DNA of 64,000 nucleotides, from assembly GCA_963695855.1 (NCBI GenBank), contig CAVOHZ010000010.1, positions 928,001 to 992,000 on the forward strand, written 5' to 3'. The notes beneath the pieces were generated by a model that worked only from the letters and a program-made list of their open reading frames with translations, did not search any database and was not told where the DNA came from. Each line of letters opens with the position of its first letter. The stretch's first letter is position 1. The DNA comes from an uncultured Nitrososphaerales archaeon (GTDB lineage: Archaea > Thermoproteota > Nitrososphaeria > Nitrososphaerales > Nitrososphaeraceae). Of the stretch, positions 1-10,303 are shown piece by piece. A program made the translations under genes and the position numbers.

Positions 1-62
1 TGATCTAATCTGGTTACATAAAAATATTTATCATAATTGCCATGATATTATTGTAAATATGA

Positions 63-308
63 CTATGACTCACATCCTATGCCGTCTCCATCACTATCAA
101 ATCCATGCGGATCTGGTGACAAAACTGTAAATTTTTTATCTGAAATATCAGTACAATCAAGATCAGGTGGTGGAGACGGTATACATACATCTGGATAGGA
201 AGAATCGCAGTTGTCAAATTGTGCTTCTGTCTTAAGAGAAGTGAAGGAAAAAATAGTTAGACTCAGCATCATTAACAATACAGAAATAATTGCTAGTATT
301 GTTTTCAT
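63..308 (-). CDS. Small secreted protein with Excalibur-like Ca-binding C-terminal motif
   Basis: Signal peptide followed by CDSSYPDVCIPSPPPDLDC...DPHGFDSDGDGIGCES. Confidence 0.75.
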   Translation of the reverse strand: MKTILAIISVLLMMLSLTIFSFTSLKTEAQFDNCDSSYPDVCIPSPPPDLDCTDISDKKFTVLSPDPHGFDSDGDGIGCES

Positions 309-690
309 TGCTGGTTATAATTGAAAAGTAACAGTATAAAAAGAATGCTAAAAACTATGAAAACTTAATATTCTAACTTTGTTATATAATATACGCGCTC
401 AAATTATTTTGGGCGTCGATAAAGTGAACGTCTGGATATACTGTCAACTATCTGGATGTTCACATATTTAAAAAAATTAGCTTGTAAATAATTACTTAAT
501 TTATTATTGGGATTTTATAAAGAATATAGACATGAAGAGAATAGAATAATATATTTTTCTTACATTTTCTAATCTGTTCTAGTAGACAACCTTTACGTGA
601 AAAGTTACTGCTTACCCTTTTGGTCGCTAGTTCGATTTATAATATGAAAATCAGATTTGAAAGAAAATAGTCATAATGTATTTTTTATTT

Positions 691-1146
691 TTACCATGGT
701 TCTTTTTCGGTTTGTTGCACTGATTGATTAAATTCCTTAGCTAGTTTTCTAGCGTCAAATATTTGCCAGAACTATAAGCCAAAATATCCTATAATACCAA
801 GAAAAATAATCATAGCTATGACTGGATCACCTCCGTATGATGAGAACAACCTAGAAAACAATATAAAGACAAGTATAACATAAGTGACTATACTAGAGAT
901 TAGTAATATTATTCCTTTAGCCACCTGTCCAACATATATATGACCAAGCCTAATAAACCAAATAAACCTCCTATAATTGCTATTAGTGCTGCTGTTCCGG
1001 GACTTCTGTAAGGAAGCTGTGTTACCACAGAACTAGGAGGTCTGGAATCTTCTTGAAGATTGATAGCACATTTCGTATACGTAGAAATATCTTCATTTAA
1101 ATGAGCTGCTGACCACAATTTTTGCAGAATTTTGGTCTATTGGCCA
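691..1146 (-). pseudogene. Frameshifted zinc-ribbon/TM2-like membrane protein
   Basis: ORF 909-1118 (SPGTAALIAIIGGLFG) continues in another frame as LGHIYVGQVAKGIILL and ends WQIFDARKLAKEFNQSVQQTEKEPW* at 691; 5' boundary approximate. Confidence 0.6.
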
Positions 1147-1361
1147 ATCAAATATAACAAAAACAGTACGAAATAAAGATTTCTATTCGATCTATTTTAA
1201 ACATTATCCTTCCTCGCCAATCGCGTTTAAAACATTTAATATAAAAGGAAATTATTCATTGCTAGAACAAAAGTTAGTAATAGTAGGTAATAATCAAGCA
1301 AAATAAAGTGATAAATTGGCTCTGACGATATGAAAATCTTCTAGTATATTCCATTACTGTA

Positions 1362-1494
1362 TGTTGGCTAGGTTCAAACTTAACATACTCCGTATGAGAG
1401 TGAGGCTCTGACTGAACCGTATCTTATGAATGAATGAGTGGCTATCATAGTACCCTTAGAGGGTGAATGGATGTTTGCCACCTGTTAGCCAACA
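1362..1494 (+). ncRNA. Putative IS110 bridge RNA with target- and donor-binding loops
   Basis: Closing stem TGTTGGCTA/TAGCCAACA; two internal-loop hairpins whose loops match the element's target (AACTTAACA, GGCTCTG) and donor (ATGGATG) junctions. Confidence 0.78.
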
Positions 1495-1530
1495 ACAAGA
1501 ACTAAAAAAGAAGGTGAATGAAAAAGAAAA

Positions 1531-2601
1531 TTGAATCATCTTGGAATAGATGTCGGAAAAAGAATATGCAGAGTAGCACTAAAAGATGACATGGGAAAGA
1601 TACAGGATGAATTCTTCTTTGGTAACAATTCTCAGGGAATATTAGAATTGATTAAAAGGACACACAGTCATGGAACAAAAAAATGTAATGCAGTACTGGA
1701 ATCTACCGGTAACATGTGGATGAGAATACATGATACACTGGAAGATAATGGAATAGATACTATACTTGCCAATCCATACAAGACAAAGATAATAGTACAA
1801 GCAAAGATAAAATCAGATAAACTTGATGCTTCTATATTATCTGATCTGCTGAGAACTGGATTGGTATACGAATCATATGTACCTGTAAAGGAATTCAGAG
1901 AAAAAAGGAGTCTGGTCAGACACAGGATAGTATTATCCAGAACCAAAACAAAACTAGCAAACAAGGTTCATGCTATTTTAGACAAATATGAATACAGAAC
2001 AGAACTGGCAGATATATTTGGAAAATCTGGAATTGAGTGGCTGAAATCACTGTCTGTTTCACCAATAGACAAAATAATACTGAATACGACACTAACATCA
2101 ATAGAATCTATAGCTAACCAGATAGAAATAGTATCAAAAGAGATAGCAAGATATGCCTGGCAAGATAGTCAAGATGTAAAGTTACTTCTAAGTATTACAG
2201 GTATAGACATATTTTCTGCAATGCTGATATCAACAGAGATAGTTGATATCACTAGATTCTCTACACCATGGAAACTTGTTAGTTATGCAGGATTGGCACC
2301 ATCTACAAGAGAGTCATCTGGAAAAATAAAAACAGGTAGAATAACAAAACAAGGTTCTCCATTGCTGAGATGGATACTAGTACAGTGTTCATTATCTGCC
2401 ATCAGACATGACCATCATATGAGAACATTCTATGAAAGAATCAAACAGAGAAAGGGGCATGGAAAAGCAATAGTTGCGACAGCAAAAGAAATGCATGTTG
2501 TAATATGGTACATGCTAACAAGACACCAATTGTATAGATACATGAACAAGACTAGATATGAGGAGAAACTAGAAAGACTGAAGAAGATCGGATCTCAATA
2601 A
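1531..2601 (+). CDS. IS110 family transposase/recombinase
   Basis: GIDVGK, LESTG, KSDKLDA (DEDD) and YAGLAP...SSGK...ITKQG motifs. Confidence 0.95.
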   Translation: MNHLGIDVGKRICRVALKDDMGKIQDEFFFGNNSQGILELIKRTHSHGTKKCNAVLESTGNMWMRIHDTLEDNGIDTILANPYKTKIIVQAKIKSDKLDASILSDLLRTGLVYESYVPVKEFREKRSLVRHRIVLSRTKTKLANKVHAILDKYEYRTELADIFGKSGIEWLKSLSVSPIDKIILNTTLTSIESIANQIEIVSKEIARYAWQDSQDVKLLLSITGIDIFSAMLISTEIVDITRFSTPWKLVSYAGLAPSTRESSGKIKTGRITKQGSPLLRWILVQCSLSAIRHDHHMRTFYERIKQRKGHGKAIVATAKEMHVVIWYMLTRHQLYRYMNKTRYEEKLERLKKIGSQ

Positions 2602-2934
2602 AGTAAAGGTAATTAGACAACAAAAAGACAATGACCTCTGAGAATAGGAACGTCATATATAGCGGAGGCTATTGTTGACAATGCTTAATAGATAGAAAGA
2701 CATAACAAAATAAGGCTGAACAGGATACAAAAGATAACCAGCATACATGTAGATTTTCATGGATGTTAAGTTAAGGAAAATTTATGAAATAAATTGAAAA
2801 ATTCTTTTGAAATTGAGCACAGAACATACCTATTACTTTATCCTTAAGTTAACAGGGCCCTATAAACCCGACATTTTTTTCTTTTTTTCTATAATTTATA
2901 AATCTATTACTCTAGCGATATTCTTTTAGTGTTA

Positions 2935-2967
2935 TTGAACTCAAGAGACTGTTCAACTCCCGACGGG
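2935..2967 (+). repeat. att-like site A: hairpin plus tRNA T-loop/3' fragment
   Basis: TTGAAC-N10-GTTCAA then CTCCCGACGGG; GTTCAACTCCCGACGGG fits a tRNA T-loop, T-stem and start of the acceptor strand. Confidence 0.6.
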
Positions 2968-3057
2968 TATGTTATAAATATAATTCATTTCACTTTTATA
3001 CGATTTTGTAATATTGATATATCAATAATTAAATTTGATATACGATAATAACATATC

Positions 3058-3468
3058 ATGAAATTTACAAAAATTATTGAAACCAGTATATATTCTTCCA
3101 ATCTAAAACAAATGAAGGATTTTTATATCGATATTTTGGGATTGGATCTTGTTTCAGAAGAAAAAGACAGACATGTATTTTTAAAAGCAGGAAAAAGCAT
3201 GCTTTTAATTTTCAATCCTAACAATACATTAAATAAAATCAATGATATTTTTCCGTCTCATGGGGCATTTAGTCCTCCTTCTATAATACATTTTGCCTTT
3301 GAAATAAAAAGAGAAGATTATGAAAAATGGAAGTCTCTTTTAAAAGAAAATAAAATCAGTATTGAAAAAGAGAAGAAATTTGGGAAGAGCAAATCAATAT
3401 ATTTTCGCGATCCAGTTGGCAATATGGTTGAATTCATAACCTCTAATGCTTGGCCAGTGGATGATTAA
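3058..3468 (+). CDS. VOC/glyoxalase family protein
   Basis: FYIDILGL, HFAF, SIYFRDPVGNMVE motifs. Confidence 0.9.
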   Translation: MKFTKIIETSIYSSNLKQMKDFYIDILGLDLVSEEKDRHVFLKAGKSMLLIFNPNNTLNKINDIFPSHGAFSPPSIIHFAFEIKREDYEKWKSLLKENKISIEKEKKFGKSKSIYFRDPVGNMVEFITSNAWPVDD

Positions 3469-3656
3469 TAATCTATTTATTTTTATTTTATACTTATTGG
3501 CATGGAGCTTTGGTTTTTCATCAGAAAAGATTTTGGAACTGGTGAGAGGTTTTTTGGACAAGATTCTTTCAACAAGATAACAAAAGTTAAGTATTGACGT
3601 TTGTTGAAATCTAATTTTAAAAATTGGTCATATCTTCTATTATGACAGGTTACATT

Positions 3657-3685
3657 ATAGAGGCAAAAATGCCTCTCAACCCGAC
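3657..3685 (+). repeat. att-like site B (family 1)
   Basis: ATAGAGGCAAAAATGCCTCTCAACCCGAC, 28/29 identical to 5390-5418. Confidence 0.75.
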
Positions 3686-3855
3686 TCCCCCATATAGAAA
3701 TTGAGAAGTAAAAACGTTAATTCATTCTGATATGTTACTAATTGGTGAAGAAATAAAATCTGATTTTATACAGAAACTGGTAATACCACATTCAATTATT
3801 TCAAAGAAAGGAGAAAATGGAATAATTATGACCTGCCCTCAAAAAATGATAGGTA

Positions 3856-5154
3856 TTATTTGTGGATATATAAGTTCAATACAGCCTTTTCATTATCCCC
3901 GTTTATATTGTCTATAATAAGTTTAGGATTATTAGAAATATCTTCAGGGAATGAATATTGAAATGCAAATGTACCAAAAGAAGATTTTTGATTTTCTGTA
4001 TAAATTATCTTATTTTTATCCTCTACTACAAAATCAAAACTAGAATGTCTTACCAAATCTCCTATTTTAGGATCTTGTAAATTCATAATAAAATTAATAG
4101 GAGTTGATGGAGTTATTAAGGAAGGATTCCAAGAAATTTGAACTAAAAATTTTTCGTTAGATGTTAAAATATCTAAGGGAAATTGTGGTTTCTCTACGGT
4201 ATATAATTTAAATGAAGTAGGAATTTGGTTATTAGTAATATCAATATCTTGGGAGATTTGTCGAGATAATTGATCCAATTGATCTTTATTTAGAACTAAA
4301 TGAATAATGCGTGAATTTAGATCTGAATAGTCATCTATGATCAGGGATCTTGTTGGAAGATTCTTTTCAAATATCAAACCGCCATAACTATTAGTATTAG
4401 AAATGTCAAGTAGTTTTGGTATTACAAATTCAATGTGCAAGTATTCCATTTGTTGTATGTATATCGGGTTCCAATTGAATGGCATTTCAAATGCTAATGT
4501 ATTATTTTCCTTAACATAGTTAATATTTCTTAAAGAATCATAATAACTTTTAATTATACCATTGTTTTTTTCTTCAGTGGTGTCTTGTATGTTGAAGTAA
4601 TGATCTTCACCTATACTTATGAATAAGTCAACTACTATATCATTTTCTAATGCTAATCCTCCACTTGGTTTTTTAAAAGTAATAGATAGATGATATAAAC
4701 CACCCTGTGAGAGAATTTTACTTGTTATTTCAAATCTATCATTTTGTTTGATATTTTGTATACAATCTATAGAATTTAATTGGATACCATTCTTAGAAAT
4801 AATAGCCTCAGTTATGTTTATTGCAATAAGTTTAGAATTAAAAAGACCAGCGCTAGATTTGATACATAGATTTAAAAATAATTCTTTATCTGAGAAAATT
4901 TTTATATCATAATCCAAATCAGAGATTGTTTGATTAGTCAACTGGTCATAAATCCTTAATAAAAATTTCGGATCAGTATAATCAATAGAGTTATTAACAT
5001 ATGCAGGCTCTAATTTTGCTTCTACTACAATTTTTTTACCAGGCACATCAACTGGATTGGAAATATCTGTACTAAGACCATGTCCATTAACTTGGATATA
5101 GGAAATTTTAAAGAGGATTAAGAATATGAATATAAAAATACCAATAGAATTCAT
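3856..5154 (-). CDS. Exported thaumarchaeal-type conserved protein
   Basis: Signal peptide ending in NGHG; GGLYHLSI, SYYD, FEMPFNW motifs resembling exported Nitrososphaerota proteins. Confidence 0.65.
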   Translation of the reverse strand: MNSIGIFIFIFLILFKISYIQVNGHGLSTDISNPVDVPGKKIVVEAKLEPAYVNNSIDYTDPKFLLRIYDQLTNQTISDLDYDIKIFSDKELFLNLCIKSSAGLFNSKLIAINITEAIISKNGIQLNSIDCIQNIKQNDRFEITSKILSQGGLYHLSITFKKPSGGLALENDIVVDLFISIGEDHYFNIQDTTEEKNNGIIKSYYDSLRNINYVKENNTLAFEMPFNWNPIYIQQMEYLHIEFVIPKLLDISNTNSYGGLIFEKNLPTRSLIIDDYSDLNSRIIHLVLNKDQLDQLSRQISQDIDITNNQIPTSFKLYTVEKPQFPLDILTSNEKFLVQISWNPSLITPSTPINFIMNLQDPKIGDLVRHSSFDFVVEDKNKIIYTENQKSSFGTFAFQYSFPEDISNNPKLIIDNINGDNEKAVLNLYIHK

Positions 5155-5389
5155 TTTTAAATAATGAATAAGATAAAAACAACGATATTAATAAATTTCG
5201 AAAATAGCAAGTCTAGAATATGTATTTGTATATAAAAAGTTCTAAAATAAATAATATAAAAATGATATATTTACAATAACAAAAAAATCATCTATCTATA
5301 CGTAAGGAGACAAGTCTTTAAAATTTGTGGAATAAAATTTTTAATATTGTAATTTTTTTATTAATTATTCTTAAGAAATAAATAACAAA

Positions 5390-5426
5390 ATAGAGGCAAA
5401 AATGCCTCGCAACCCGACGGGCCCGT
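5390..5426 (+). repeat. att-like site C (family 1, intact tRNA 3' core)
   Basis: GAGGCA-AAAA-TGCCTC hairpin then CCCGACGGGCCCGT. Confidence 0.8.
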
Positions 5427-5722
5427 ACGTTTCTAGGGCCCAGCACCTAGGATTATATTAATAGAGTATTCCAATATTATCAAACTTTTAAAAACTAGGC
5501 TATAAGGAAACAAACTGTGAGACATTTGCTGAAGCATTAAAAAAGCAGTTTAAATACTTTATTGTTTTCATCTTGTTTTTATATGCTATCAATTAATTAC
5601 CATTGTTATCATTTACTTTTCACTCATCATCGAAAATATCATTTAAATTACCTAGATTATTCGATTTGGTACATTAACAAACAAAACAAAATCTTTTAAC
5701 AAGTTTATATTATTGATAAATA

Positions 5723-6019
5723 TTGGATAGAGAAAAAATTCTTAGAAACTTATTTAATAAAGCCACTGAAGATACAATAGAAACTCTACCTTATACAATT
5801 CAAGTATTTCAGAACCCTTCATATGATCTAAAGAAAACAGTAACGAATGATTTGGATTTTCTTTTAGGGGCATTTTTTGGACAGGTAATTTTGTTTTATT
5901 CTGTTTATTGTTCCAACAAAGATATGAAGCCAACAATTGAAGAATCAAATCAATTTAATTATGAATTATTTTCGAAGGCAGAAGAATACAAAACTATTAT
6001 CAAAGAATTAATGGTATGA
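5723..6019 (+). CDS. Hypothetical protein
   Basis: 98-aa ORF, the best candidate gene between two att-like repeats. Confidence 0.6.
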   Translation: MDREKILRNLFNKATEDTIETLPYTIQVFQNPSYDLKKTVTNDLDFLLGAFFGQVILFYSVYCSNKDMKPTIEESNQFNYELFSKAEEYKTIIKELMV

Positions 6020-6136
6020 AAATACTTAAAAGAATCAACTCTAGGAAAACAATATGGTCAGGTTTTTTTAGACAACACAAAACATCGGAAATAGCCAAAA
6101 TCTAAAGAAATTACACTAATCTTTTAAAAATATGTA

Positions 6137-6228
6137 TTCAAAAGTAAATCATAAATGTTATCTCTTTACTACCATACATTAGACTCTAATTTTTGCACCG
6201 CTATCGGTGTTACTCCCGACGGGCCCGT
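6137..6228 (+). repeat. att-like site D (family 2, intact tRNA 3' core)
   Basis: ~90-bp unit ending GCACCG-CTAT-CGGTGT-TACTCCCGACGGGCCCGT; related copies near 14071, 14360/15525, 17683 and 21327. Confidence 0.85.
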
Positions 6229-6270
6229 GCTGATATAAGTGCTAAAATTATGTTCTTTACAATTTACTAT

Positions 6271-6822
6271 TTAGTATTTTTTTATTATATAAACTAAAGA
6301 ATTTCTATAACTATTTGAGATAGTATGGTATTCATTTACTTTCTTTGTCTTTACAAAACCATTTTTTTCCAAAACTCTTATAGAAGGTTTATTTTCTGGA
6401 AAAACATAAGCTGAAATCTCTTTCAATCCCAATACGTCAAATGCGTAGTTAACCACTAGTTCAATACATTCTGTTGCTATGCCTTTGCCATGATATTGTT
6501 GACCTATCCAGTAACCTATATTTGCTTTTTTATTAACATAATCAATATCTTTAATAGCTATAATTCCAACTAGTAGACGAACTGATTGAAATTTATTTTT
6601 ATAGTCTATAGCAAAAGTTATTGATTTATGTAGCCTAAAATCATCACAACTAGATTTAATAAATTTTAAAGCATCATCTATCTTATAAGGATATGGAACT
6701 TCATAAAGATATTTAGCTATATCATAACTCATAAGATTTACTATATTTGTAACATCATCCATCGAAGGTTCTCTTAAATTGACTAGCTTACCAGATAATT
6801 GTGGAAAAGATGAATTAGTCAT
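6271..6822 (-). CDS. GNAT N-acetyltransferase, RimJ/RimL type
   Basis: IGYWIGQQYHGKGIATE and NKPSIRVLEKNGF. Confidence 0.92.
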   Translation of the reverse strand: MTNSSFPQLSGKLVNLREPSMDDVTNIVNLMSYDIAKYLYEVPYPYKIDDALKFIKSSCDDFRLHKSITFAIDYKNKFQSVRLLVGIIAIKDIDYVNKKANIGYWIGQQYHGKGIATECIELVVNYAFDVLGLKEISAYVFPENKPSIRVLEKNGFVKTKKVNEYHTISNSYRNSLVYIIKKY

Positions 6823-6948
6823 CTGCTACTTGTTTTATTATACCACAAAATGCTATATTTAACTAACTTCTACCTTTAGCAAGATAGTATATAATTTTAA
6901 TATATGTTGTTAGAACTTTAAATTAAAATAAGAGCTGTATTTGGAAGT

Positions 6949-6982
6949 TAGATTAGTAACAAATTTGTTATTCAAAAGACCC
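6949..6982 (+). repeat. Palindromic repeat I1, with a copy at 14291
   Basis: TAGATTAGTAACAAATTTGTTATTCAAAA containing perfect palindrome TAACAAATTTGTTA. Confidence 0.7.
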
Positions 6983-7389
6983 TTACCATCTGATTTTGGC
7001 TGAATTCTTTTTGAGCGTCAGAATTCTGTAACTATTTGAGTACCTCTGTGACTTTTTTACCATCTTTTGTCCATGATGTTATCTCTTTTTTACCATCAGG
7101 ATATTCTGTAATTACTTGATTATCTTTTGTTGTGGTAATTTTTGTTTCTTCTCCTTTGGACCCGAAAAGTATTGTTTCAGTTGTACCATCAGGAAGTATT
7201 TTTTCAATTTTGTTATCTGTTTTCGTAATTTTACCTGCTGTTATTCCTGAAATTTTATACTCTGTGACACTTAATCCTGGTTTCTCATATTTGCTTTCCA
7301 CAAGGCCGGAAGGATTTACAATATATTCTTTTTTTGTATCTCCCTGTTTTATTTGGTAAACCTTTGTACCATCTGTTTCTTTGTAACTA

Positions 7390-8524
7390 TACCAGTTATC
7401 ATAAGTATGCTGACAATATTTTACTATCTTGTATTATCTTTTAGATCAGAATAGCTATTAGCTGATACTATAAACATGATATCTTATTGACTAGTACAAT
7501 ATCTAAAGCAAGATTTGAAAAACTATACAGATCTGAACATGATACTAATGTAAAGGAAAGAATGCTAATTGTGTTGAACGTAGTATATGATAAACAGATT
7601 CCTGCACAGGTAGCAAGAGATCTTCATAGAAGCAGAACATGGGCTTCTGACTGGTTAAAGAGGTACAGGAAAGAAGGTATAGAAGGATTAAAAAACAGGA
7701 CAAAGAGTGGCAGACCACCAGATATACCAGAAGAGACTGTATATGAGATAAAAAACGAATTAGCATCCAGTAAACAAGGATGGACTACGAAACAGGTAGA
7801 AGATCTAATAGTAAGGAAGAGTGGTGGAATCAGATACCATTATACACATATTTACAGACTAATGCACAAGTGGGGATTCAAACAGAAGGTACCAAGAAAA
7901 GTGCATGTGAACACAGCATCAAAAGAAGAGAAAGAGGATTTTAAAAAAGAGCAAGAAAGGTACTGGATACTCTCCAGCAGCAGCATCAGCAAGAAGGATT
8001 TACAGTAGTATCTACAGATGAATCATTTTTCTTCTATGATTCACTTGTCAGGAAAGTATGGATAAACAAGGATGAAAGACCAGTTGTAAGGATTACGGGG
8101 TCACATCAGGAGTCAGTTCTATTTGGTACCACAAGTCTGGAAGGAAAACAGATGTTCAGGCAATATGACTGGTTTGATGAAAACACATTTTTAGATTATC
8201 TAAAACAGATACACAGAAAGTTTCCAAAATGTTATCTGTTTCTGGATAAAGCAAAACAGCACTACAGATCATATAAGGTACTACGATATTTTGATGAACA
8301 CAAACAGAATCTAATTCCAATATATCTTCCAACAGCATCTCCGGAATTTATGGTACTGGAAGAGATATGGCATATAGCCAAAAACGATCTGCTTGTACTA
8401 CAATACTATTCATCCTTTACAGATTTCAAAAATAAAATATCCTCGTATTTTAAGACAAAAAGATTCTGTCTTGATATGAGACACTATCTGTTGGGAGGTG
8501 TCAGCTAACATATGCTAGATGGTA
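7390..8524 (+). mobile_element. IS630 family element, copy 1
   Basis: Imperfect ~25-bp TIRs TACCAGTTATCATAAGTATGCTGAC / GTCAGCTAACATATGCTAGATGGTA; TA duplication at 7388-7389 and 8525-8526. Confidence 0.92.
7487..8508 (+). CDS. IS630 transposase (HTH ORF plus DDE ORF, probable -1 frameshift)
   Basis: HTH ORF 7487-8008; slippery TTTTAAAAAAG near 7940; second frame has STDES, LDKAKQH and LPTASPEFMVLEEIW. Confidence 0.88.
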
Positions 8525-8978
8525 TAGTTGTCGTCTTACCATCAGGATATTCTATGATTATATGATCATTATAACTAGAAAAGATATTTTCGGTCACCTT
8601 GAGTATTGTCCATTTGGCCAAATCTAATCTTCTATTATTCTACAAATTAAAACAATTATGAATTAAAATTTTTAATCAAATTTTTTAAGGTATTACTTAA
8701 CTCAGGATTAATGCTTAGAGAAATAATCAACTTATAGAGATACCAACTATAGTATCATAAATATGTTAAATCGCATAAAAATAGATGAATATTGTTCTAG
8801 TCAGAAAATCAGCAATAACTATATCTTAAACTATTCTTCAAAAGAAAAAAAATAATTCCCAGGTTCTAATTTTCACTTCCTAAAAGGACATAATAGTTAT
8901 AAATAGCAAAATTTTGTACCTGATAAATCATATTATCAATTTATTAATACTTATTAACAGTAGAAAATATTCCGGTTT

Positions 8979-9701
8979 ATGAGTGACTATCAATCTAAGA
9001 ATATATCAAATAAAAGTAATAAAGCAAAATTTAGTGTAAAACATAAATATTTAGTAGAAATTGTAGGCACTTTTATTCTAGTTTATGCCATTGCATCTGC
9101 TGCTACTGTTTATTCAGACAGTGGGCAATTAGGAGTAATTGGAATAGGATTGGTACATGCACTGGTGTTAACAGCAATAATATATGCTATTGGTTATCGT
9201 TCTGGTGCTCAAGTAAATCCTGCTGTTACAATCGCTTTATTAGTAGCAAAAAAAATTGGAAGAAAAGAAGCAGTATTATACATAATTTGTCAGCTAATTG
9301 GAGCCGTAATAGGAGCTGCTGTTGTTTACGCAATGTTTGGTTCTGCAATGTCGACAAGTGTAACGTTACCCTCAGACAATAACATATTGAGAGCGTTTGT
9401 ATTAGAAACAGTAATGACATTTACTTTGGTATATGTAGTTTTAGCTACTACTACTGCTAAAAATTTTAAAATTGCACCCTTAGCAGGAGTTGCAATAGGT
9501 TTTACGCTAGGATTTAATGTTATTTTGGGTGGATCTATCACCGGTGGTTCTCTTAATCCAGCTAGATCATTTGGACCTGCATTGATGACTGGGAATTTTG
9601 ATTATAATTGGCTTTACTGGATAGCTCCGATCATAGGAGGTCTGATCGCAGCAGGTGTGTATAAAGCATTACATCGTGATTCAGAACTTCCCTCAGAATA
9701 G
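8979..9701 (+). CDS. MIP family aquaporin
   Basis: Two NPA motifs (QVNPAVT, SLNPARSFGP) and hydrophobic helices. Confidence 0.95.
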   Translation: MSDYQSKNISNKSNKAKFSVKHKYLVEIVGTFILVYAIASAATVYSDSGQLGVIGIGLVHALVLTAIIYAIGYRSGAQVNPAVTIALLVAKKIGRKEAVLYIICQLIGAVIGAAVVYAMFGSAMSTSVTLPSDNNILRAFVLETVMTFTLVYVVLATTTAKNFKIAPLAGVAIGFTLGFNVILGGSITGGSLNPARSFGPALMTGNFDYNWLYWIAPIIGGLIAAGVYKALHRDSELPSE

Positions 9702-10303
9702 CAAAGGACCAAGGATAATACGCATTAAAACTCTCCGTCCTATCCAACAAAAATTTATCATAGAGCTAATCATCATGGAATGAAATTCGTGTATCTCTTT
9801 TTCATTTTAAATCAAAATAACGTATGAAAAAATCATAGAAAAAATCGTCATAATTTTGGCTCTGTTCATTTGATTCTTTTTTTAAGAATCATTCTATTGT
9901 GTATGTCAATAAACAAGATTAACCAATGCATTATATGTTGTAAATTGCAGTTGTATATTCTACAGGGAAAATAATCATCAAACCCTTCAGTTCTGTCCAA
10001 AGATGTCCTTTCGAGAAAATAAATGTAATTTTATTAGGATTATGAAGAGTATAATTTACCGTCTTTTCAAATTTAGTAGATTTATAAGAACCCTTTTTAT
10101 GGCCAAAGTATTTAATTTTGTAAAATTGTTGTTATCTTATTTGCCTTTCTAATTTGAAATTTATTAAATACCTTTTATAATGAAATTAGAGACAATACCG
10201 GACCTGCTAAAAAATACGTCATTATCTTAATTTTAAATATCTGATCTTAACAAATAAGTTTTGTATTAAATCTTTATTACAAAATCTAATATCGTATAGT
10301 TTA

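Larger units (their letters stand above)
1323..2765 (+). mobile_element. IS110-family insertion sequence
   Basis: DEDD recombinase; subterminal IRs ATGAAAATCT (1330-1339) and AGATTTTCAT (2751-2760); TG core at 1323-1324 and 2764-2765. Confidence 0.88.
1318..2859. mobile_element. MITE-like element (~100 bp when reconstructed) interrupted by IS110
   Basis: Removing the IS110 rejoins GGCTCTGTTAAGTTAAGGA, a 17/19 inverted match to TCCTTAAGTTAACAGGGCC (2841-2859); degenerate 9-bp flanks TGATAAATT/CTATAAACC. Confidence 0.55.
7032..8621 (-). pseudogene. YPDG/xDG beta-hairpin repeat protein split by IS630
   Basis: Removing 7390-8526 restores the frame IIIEYPDGKTTT-SYKETDGTKVYQ...VESKYEKP, joining ORF 7032-7301; start approximate. 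Confidence 0.75.

Noticed and set aside
1668-1964. Antisense ORFs over the transposases and other genes (e.g. 7545, 14557, 23386, 32152)
   Set aside because: Shadow frames opposite well-supported genes
2861-2872. Extra CCCGAC as another att core
   Set aside because: Only 6 bp and overlapping the MITE flank; cannot be distinguished from chance
2951-6228. Intact tRNA gene at the CCCGACGGGCCCG cores
   Set aside because: No 5' acceptor strand, D-arm or anticodon arm upstream; only 3' fragments
9856-9870. TTGGCTCTGTTC as an empty IS110 target or TIR
   Set aside because: The right half diverges from the guide and I found no partner inverted repeat
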